Source: Octopus bimaculoides (lineage: Eukaryota). From it: a stretch of DNA of 49,774 nt. The stretch is taken from positions 42,062,762 to 42,112,535 of the forward strand of contig NC_068984.1 of assembly GCF_001194135.2 (NCBI RefSeq). The letters run 5' to 3'. A program made the position numbers and the translations under genes. The notes under the pieces were generated by a model. The model saw only the letters and a list, made by a program, of their open reading frames with translations, was not told where the DNA came from and searched no databases. Of the stretch, positions 49,554 through 49,774 are shown piece by piece (position 1 is the stretch's first letter; the number at the start of each line of letters is the position of its first letter).

Positions 49554-49774
49554 AAACAGTAAATGAGTATATGCATATATACGTACAGGTATGTGCATAC
49601 CGACATCCACCTGTATGTATAGGTGCATATCTGGGTACAGGACATTGCAAACAAAACGTAGACGAGAAAACACACAAGCCACATAGAGAACATTCTTCTT
49701 CATCAGCTACCCCCGTTTTAACACCGGCGTTTCGAAGAGCTGGGTAGGACGCATCGTTAAAACGGCTCTTCCCA
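49540..49774 (-). mobile_element. Dispersed repeat with hammerhead core boxes in permuted order, truncated by the window end
   Basis: Minus strand reads ...gctcttc-GAAA-cgccggtgt-t-aaaacgggggtag-CTGATGA-a-gaaga...; homologous to 40695-40990. Confidence 0.6.

Overview
AT-rich, repeat-dense animal genomic DNA with seven assembly gaps. The repeat landscape (tRNA-SINEs, RTE LINEs, Penelope elements, abundant microsatellites) suggests an octopod cephalopod; this is inference, not a search result. The one host gene I can support is gephyrin/molybdopterin adenylyltransferase (GPHN/MogA-like G domain) on the + strand. It has five internal coding exons (4566-4644, 9824-9881, 12759-12851, 14913-15007, 17068-17134; 79/58/93/95/67 nt) with AG/GT boundaries that splice in frame. 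The first exon appears to lie upstream of the window, and I found no next exon in the remaining ~32 kb. The introns hold remnants of Penelope, RTE and L1/Tx1 retroelements, Tc1, mariner, maT-like and pogo-like transposons, a Helitron helicase fragment, a fold-back MITE and several SINE families. The most interesting signal is a set of minimal hammerhead-ribozyme motifs: one with an intact core at 285-348 (-), one inside a tRNA-headed SINE at 44566-44802 (+), one half-motif, and a permuted motif pair. There is also a possible decayed duplicate of the 58-nt gephyrin exon. All alignments and folds were done by eye.
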